This document shows positions 57,841 through 64,000 of a stretch of DNA of 64,000 nt, piece after piece. This stretch comes from Octopus vulgaris (taxonomy: Eukaryota): the NCBI GenBank assembly GCA_951406725.2, contig OX597819.1:24676001-24740000 (forward strand), in the 5' to 3' direction. Position 1 is the first letter of the stretch, and each line of letters begins with the position of its first letter. The notes under the pieces were generated by a model, which saw only the letters and a list, made by a program, of their open reading frames with translations, was not told where the DNA came from and did no database searches. The translations under genes and the position numbers were made by a program.

Positions 57841-58097
57841 TTAACTTTTAAGATTTTAACATACACAAAGAAAATGGCAGAAGAGTAGTACAAGCTGTGG
57901 AGTTTCACGAGTAAATGACTTTCAGTGTTTGATTCTCTTGAGTTATTTTGTGAATTCAAATCCCTTAGGGGCTATCTTTGCTTTTTATTTTAACGAGTTC
58001 ATTAAATTAAACATCCCTTCCCAAATAAGTGGCTATGTGTCTATACTATATTATTATTATTATTATCATTATTATTATTATTATCATTATCATTAAG

Positions 58098-58500
58098 AAG
58101 GCGGCGAGCTGGCAGAAACGTTAGCGCGCCGGGCGAAATGCTTAGCTGTATTTCGTCTGCCGTTACGTTCTGAGTTCAAATTCCGCCGAGGTCGACTTTG
58201 CCTATCATCCTTTCGGGGTCGATAAATTAAGTACCAGTTACGCACTGGCGTCGATATAATCGACTTAATCCGTTTGTCTGTCCTTGTTTGTCCTCTCTGT
58301 GTTTAGTCCCTTGTGGGTAGTAAAGAAATAGGTATTTCGTCTGCCGCTACGTACTGAGTTCAAATTCCACCGAGATCGACTTTGCCTTTCATCCTTTCGG
58401 GCTCGATAAATGAAGTACCAATCAAGTACTGGGGGTCAATGTGATCGATTGCCCCCCTCCCTACAAAAATCCAGGCCTTGTGCCTATAGTAGAAAGGATT
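58098..58500 (+). mobile_element. Tandem pair of SINE family B (tail-1 unit then tail-2 unit) within (TTA)n
   Basis: Full unit 58098-58330; second unit starts GTATTTCGTCTGCCG at about 58332 and ends GGCCTTGTGCCTATAGTAGAAAGG before (ATT)n. Confidence 0.92.
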
Positions 58501-58516
58501 ATTATTATTATTATTA

Positions 58517-58547
<31 letters not shown>

Positions 58548-60329
58548 CATTATTATCATTATTATTATTATTATTAAATTGTTTATTTAAGGTAGGGATC
58601 GGTGGAGATAGCCTACATATTAATGAGCTGGAAAATAGGCTTTCACGGTATTCATTCATTTCACTATTTCACTCAGTTCTCCATTTGTTGTTTTTTTGTT
58701 GTTTTTTGTTGTTGTTTTTACGATTACAATTCCAGCCATGCTAACATGCTGGAACTCTGCCTCATTTCTTATTTAAAAATTCTGCTGAGTCAGATTTTTC
58801 CTTTCATTCCTCTGGAATGGATAAAATATGTGCAGGAAATTGAGGCCCTTCGCTGTTCCTCTTCTCTTACAAAAATTAGTCATGTACCAAATAAAAATAA
58901 ATAAATATATAATTCATACTCGTAAGAGTCAAATATGTCGTTTTATTGCCAGAAATTGCAGAGCGCGTGGAAATCATTGAGTATTTAGTCTTATCGATCT
59001 ACAGTTCAAATCGATAACTCAACTTTACCCTTCATCGTTCCGGGATTGGTAGTATAAATTACAAAGCCCGTAACAGGGCCGATTCAGTCGACTTCATTTA
59101 ATCTCTTGATATGAAAACATGTTGAGTATGAGGTCGATCTGATTGCATATACTCCATTCTTTAAAGTTGAACCCTTGTATCTCTGTTACAAATAAATATC
59201 ATGTGATAAAATATATTCCTGGTTAGTTCTTTAAGAAAGGCATCGTGGAAATAGTGATAGTCTTGGCATCATTTTGTATTGGTTAGATCGAAACGGGTTC
59301 ACTGCCTGGTTTGGATTTTGGCTGAGAAAAATTTCACATTATTCAGCTTAATTTTGTCTTAATGAAACACATGAATCTCAAAACTCAAAAGCTAATCAGA
59401 TTTATGTAAGAAAGTCTGTTTTATAATGCTGAATGACTACATTCTTGAAATGACTTTTACGACAGTAAAAGGGTCTTTACTTACTGAGATAAGTAAAAAG
59501 AAAAAAGTTTAAAAAAATGAACGCTACATCCTCAACTTTTATCTTTTTAATAGTGTATTATCACTAACCTATCAGAGATGCAAAACACCAACAGCTATGG
59601 ATGGTAGAATCCCTATCGTAGCAAAGCTTTTCAGCATCCGGGATCAAAGACAGTTTTGGCGCGCCTACTTTAATCATTCTTGGTACCAACCCATCCGAGT
59701 CCAACCCTGGTTTTATAATACAAGCTTCCTGTTTTAAAGCGATCTAAATTAAAACCGTTCTTCGAAATTTCATAGTAATTTATATTCCAAACACCAGTTT
59801 GTCAATTTTCCAAAATTCTTCAATATCATCAAAATTAATTGAAACAAAAGCGATATATTTCCATAGAAATAGGGTTTTAAAAAAAGGGCGTGTGTAAATG
59901 GTCAGGAATGATAGTCCAGGAAAAATTATGCACCTTCTTACCCTCTGTGACAGAGCATCGGATTTCAAATCCGGTTGAGATTCTTCTAAATCCAATATTA
60001 TAAAGTAGCAACAAAATCTAGAGGAAGGGTCAACATAATCCTCGATAGCACACCCCAAAATGGATGACGTTTTACTTATTAGAAACTGTTATTTCTTTTT
60101 AATGATTAAGCCAGAGGAAGAAAGGTAGCACCCATGGATCTTTTAAAGGAGCAGTTTGTGTCATTGTGGTGGTGGTGGTGGTGGTGGTGGAGTATCTTTA
60201 AACTGGAGACCTAGCCCTAATGTTTGTAACAGAGTAGGCTCTGCTAAAGGTACTCAAGAGCCAGGTGATGGTGATAGTGGAAGTGGGGATGGAAGTGGTG
60301 ATGGTGGTAGCAGCAGCAGCAGCAACAAC

Positions 60330-60388
<59 letters not shown>

Positions 60389-60516
60389 AGTTGGTGGTGG
60401 TGGATGTCAGAAGTGATGGACAAGTGATGCTGATGGTCTAAAGACTTAAAAGGCTGAAAGCATATCAAAATCACATATGATATGAAAATAGAAAATTCCC
60501 TATCGAAGAAAGAGAA

Positions 60517-60596
<80 letters not shown>

Positions 60597-60809
60597 ATAA
60601 TATCTATTGGAATAAACTCAATTGATTTAACCCTTGCAAATATATAGCTTTCTGGCCACATCAAATCAATTCTTTAGACGCCTTAAAGTGTGAACTGATA
60701 CCCTGTGGTACCTAGTTTAGTATTTCACATGTGTTAGCTGTTCGATAAGCACCCTCGTTAGATCGTGAGAAAGAATGTGTTTAGTACCCTATTCCTCGGT
60801 GGTGACAGT

Positions 60810-62375
60810 TGAAGTGTCTACACTTGGCAGAACTGCATGCTACTTTAATTGCTGACAATGAGAATCTCGCAAAGCCCAAAACTTGTGCATCAATGGTCTC
60901 ACTATTTCTCCTGTCCCACATAAAGAATGCTACAAATACCTCGACATTGATGAAAACCTATCATACGATGATACTGTGGATAAAGATAGTGTGACCTAAG
61001 AATATTATACCTATTTCTTTACTACCCACAAGGGGCTAAACACAGAAGAGACAAACAAGGACAGACAAACGGATTAAGTCGATTATATCGACCCCAGTGC
61101 GCAACTGGTACTTATTTAATCGACCCCGAAAGGATGAAAGACAAAGTCGACCTCGGCGCAATTTGAACTGAGAACGTAACGGCAGACGAAAATACTGCTA
61201 AGCATTTCGCCCGGCGTGCTAACGTTTCTGTCAGCTCGCCGCCTTAAAGAATATTATACCAGTCTTAGAAAAATGCGCCCGCCAGGTCGGACTCTTCTTT
61301 TACAAGACAGTATCTCACAATGCATTTACATTACCAATGCTGATTCCAATATTTGGGATACTTGATTTATCTGAAAAGAAAACCCACTTCATTGACATTA
61401 ATACTCGCAAGATTCAGACATCAACTGTAAATCTCCACAGAAATAATGATATCGACAGGCTCTACCTAAGAAGTGACGAATAACGTAGAAACACGAGATC
61501 AATGCAGACGGCATTCGAATGTCATAGAGTTTCTCTCAGACAACACTTGCTAAACGACAACATCAAAAATAAATATATTTACTTAGAGCTGAACAATGAA
61601 GAGAATAACATCCTAAGTGTGGGCAGTACGCTTTTCAGAAAGTACTCCCTTCCTGATGACCTCCCATACAATTCCAAGACAGCCGGACTAGCCCACCTCA
61701 AAGAAGACTTGGATGCAAAATGCACAGCATACCAAAAATACCTAACAAACAAAATAGACATCGAGGCCCTTGGAGCTCCAAGTTGCAACCGAAAATGTAG
61801 ATTATGCCCTATGTCTGTGGAAGACATCACAGGTGATTAGCAGTTGCCCAAGAGTGTCTTCAAAATATTACCTCCTTATGCAATACGACGTTGTCGCAAA
61901 AACAATATACAATTCCATTCGGATAAAAAGACTGTCCAGGAATAAATACTGTTACTGAGTATATGCACATCGACACAAAGAATACTGGTGGAACATTCCT
62001 ATCAAAACATCTGTCTAGAATAAACATAACTGGCCAGCTATTGCTGTTTGGGACAAAAAATAGTATGTACATCACAGAAGTTAGCCGTCCTACTGATGAA
62101 AATCAAAGGAAAAGAAGATAAATATGAACAACTACTTCGAAACCTCCAGCTCCTATATCCAGATTATATATTCACATTTATCCCAACAATAATTGGTGCA
62201 TTTGGTTTTGCGAAGAATTTCTAAGTGGCACTCCGAATAAGCTAGGGTTTTCAGAAAAAGAAATCAATCAACCGTAAAAATATGTAAAAAATTTTCGTGG
62301 GTTTAAAATGTGAGATTGCTTTTGCTATCTACATTTCAAAGATGGATCTTTGTATCTTTGTTAGAAACCAGTTTC
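60810..62375 (+). pseudogene. Second, more decayed R4/Dong-type copy (3' part)
   Basis: DIDRLYL, AFECHRVSLRQHLL, KYSLPDDLPYNSKTA, CRLCPMSVEDI..VISSCP, LLRNLQLLYPDY; clearly homologous to 30175-31700. Confidence 0.88.
61012..61246 (-). mobile_element. SINE family B, tail type 1
   Basis: 14-bp TSD AAGAATATTATACC at 60998-61011 and 61247-61260. Confidence 0.95.
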
Positions 62376-62410
62376 TTCAGAAGAATTTAAAAATACTTAA
62401 AAACAAAAGA

Positions 62411-62507
<97 letters not shown>

Positions 62508-63336
62508 CAGACATACATATTTAATCCATAGCAGTAAGTTCAACATAATATATTTTGTTTCTCCCTAGGGCTTCGCCAGGCTATGAATACAAAGAGAATG
62601 GGGAAAGGGAGAGGCGAAGAAGGTGGAGGGAGAGAGGGGTGGGAGAAAGAGATCCGTAGAAAGAGAAGCGAGCGTTTTCGAGGAATAAAGAATAATTTTA
62701 AGAATGTGATCCCAGCATTAGTGAAAGCCATCTTAGAAGGTCTGCAGAACCAAAGAAATTTTACTGAACACCATATAAGACAGTTCTGCTACCTATCAAC
62801 TCTGCAGCATATAGTATACAATTACATATTGCAGAACATTATGCAGCAATTGTTGCTTGTAGATAATATATAATTGCACATAACTGCATAATCTGTTTAT
62901 ATATATATATAATCAGATTATGTAATTGCAGTCTGCAAACGATAGCTGTTTAGCATCATATCGTCATATTACAGTTGCTGAACGAATAAGATGCATGCAG
63001 ACAGTATCATGAACAGAGGAAAATATAATAGGGAGTATGAGTAGGAATAGCAGTAAGAATAGGCGTAGTTGACAAAAACTATTAATACTCGCCAGAATGA
63101 CACAAGCAGTTCAATTGACAGTAACGCAACATGTGACAGTGATATAAACCAGTGTTTTTCTGTTCTTGCTCCGGGTGAGAGGTGTTTGAAAGAGGACATA
63201 AGAACTGTTATGCTTAAATAAAAAGAGACGATTTTAAATATTTTAGAATTGCCCAATGATGAAAACAGAAAAACTATATAGATTCGTATTCCTAATTAAT
63301 TTTTTTTTTTTTTTCCATATTTTTAAAAAGTGGGTG

Positions 63337-63545
63337 AAGGCAGCGAGCTGCCAGAATCGTGAGTACGCCGGGCAAAATGCTTCGCGACATTTTGTCTGCC
63401 TTTACGGTCTGAGTTCCAATTCTGCCGGGTCAGTTTTGCCTTCCGTCTTTTCGAAGTCGATAAAATTAGTACCACTTGAGCAATGGGATCGATGTAATCT
63501 TCAGCTCCGTAATAGCTGGCCGGGTGCCGAAATTTGAAACCATTA
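63337..63545 (+). mobile_element. Old SINE family B
   Basis: GGCAGCGAGCTGCCAGAATCG...GAGTTCCAATTCTGCCG...GTCGATAAAATTAGTACC. Confidence 0.75.
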
Positions 63546-63912
63546 TTAAAGAGTGGGTGGCGATTTTTAATAATTTCCTTTTCGTTTTTTTTTTTTTTTT
63601 TGTTTCCAGCTTGTAAACCTTTGACATAGAGGATAAGGGTGCTGTTATTCATAATTGCGAAATAAAGAACCCCTATTTCGAATCTAGTGCAGCGTTATAT
63701 AAATATCCTGGAATAAGATTTTTGGTGCTTGGAGATCAAATTAATCGAAAAGTAATAGAAATGCAAAACACTTCATTTCACACGGTTCCAGTCCACTCAG
63801 CTGGTAAAAATTAGTACTCCTACGATGGACCAGTGTCCCGTCCAGGGAAGAGTATACGCTGGAGAAACCGAGAAACCAGTCCCATGCTCTTTATGAAGTA
63901 ATGTTGACTAAC

Positions 63913-64000
63913 CAGGAGTGGCTGGGTGGTAAGTAGCTTGCTAACCAACTACATGGTTCCGGGTTCAGTCCCACTGCGTGGCGTCTTGGGCAAGTGTCTT
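63913..64000 (+). mobile_element. SINE family A head, cut by the window end
   Basis: CAGGAGTGGCTGGGTGGTAAG...GTTCAGTCCCACTGCG...CTTGGGCAAGTGTCTT. Confidence 0.9.

Noticed and set aside
60156-60474. Gly/Ser-rich or poly-Tyr ORFs
   Set aside because: Produced by (GGT)n, (AGC)n and (AGT)n repeats.
62583-63256. Host exons or a membrane-protein ORF
   Set aside because: No recognisable domain, nearby stops in the candidate frames, and AT-rich antisense frames often look hydrophobic; unresolved without RNA data.

Overview
AT-rich eukaryotic DNA, dense in microsatellites, with no host protein-coding exon I can support; it is probably intronic or intergenic. The repeat set looks like a coleoid cephalopod (Octopus-like) genome, which is an inference. 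Most listed ORFs are artefacts of (TA)n, (CA)n, (TATG)n and (TATC)n tracts. The real content is a layered set of transposable elements: at least three abundant tRNA-headed SINE families (called A, B and C here, many with clean target-site duplications), a decayed Penelope-like element (RT + GIY-YIG), a Ty3/Gypsy remnant lacking RT/RNase H, two R4/Dong-type non-LTR copies, CR1-, RTE- and Tx1/L1-type 3' fragments, four mariner relics, two hAT-like non-autonomous elements and four Helitron pieces. The most interesting signals are: (1) about six hammerhead-ribozyme-like motifs in short AT-rich, often fold-back modules, mostly beside (TA)n; (2) SINE family B carrying two alternative 3' tails, one matching the Tx1-like LINE end in this window and the other weakly resembling the R4/Dong 3' UTR; (3) LINEs that appear to target (TATC)n and (CATA)n; (4) a 22-copy 32-bp minisatellite born inside an RT gene. 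None is proven new without database searches, and all alignments were done by eye.
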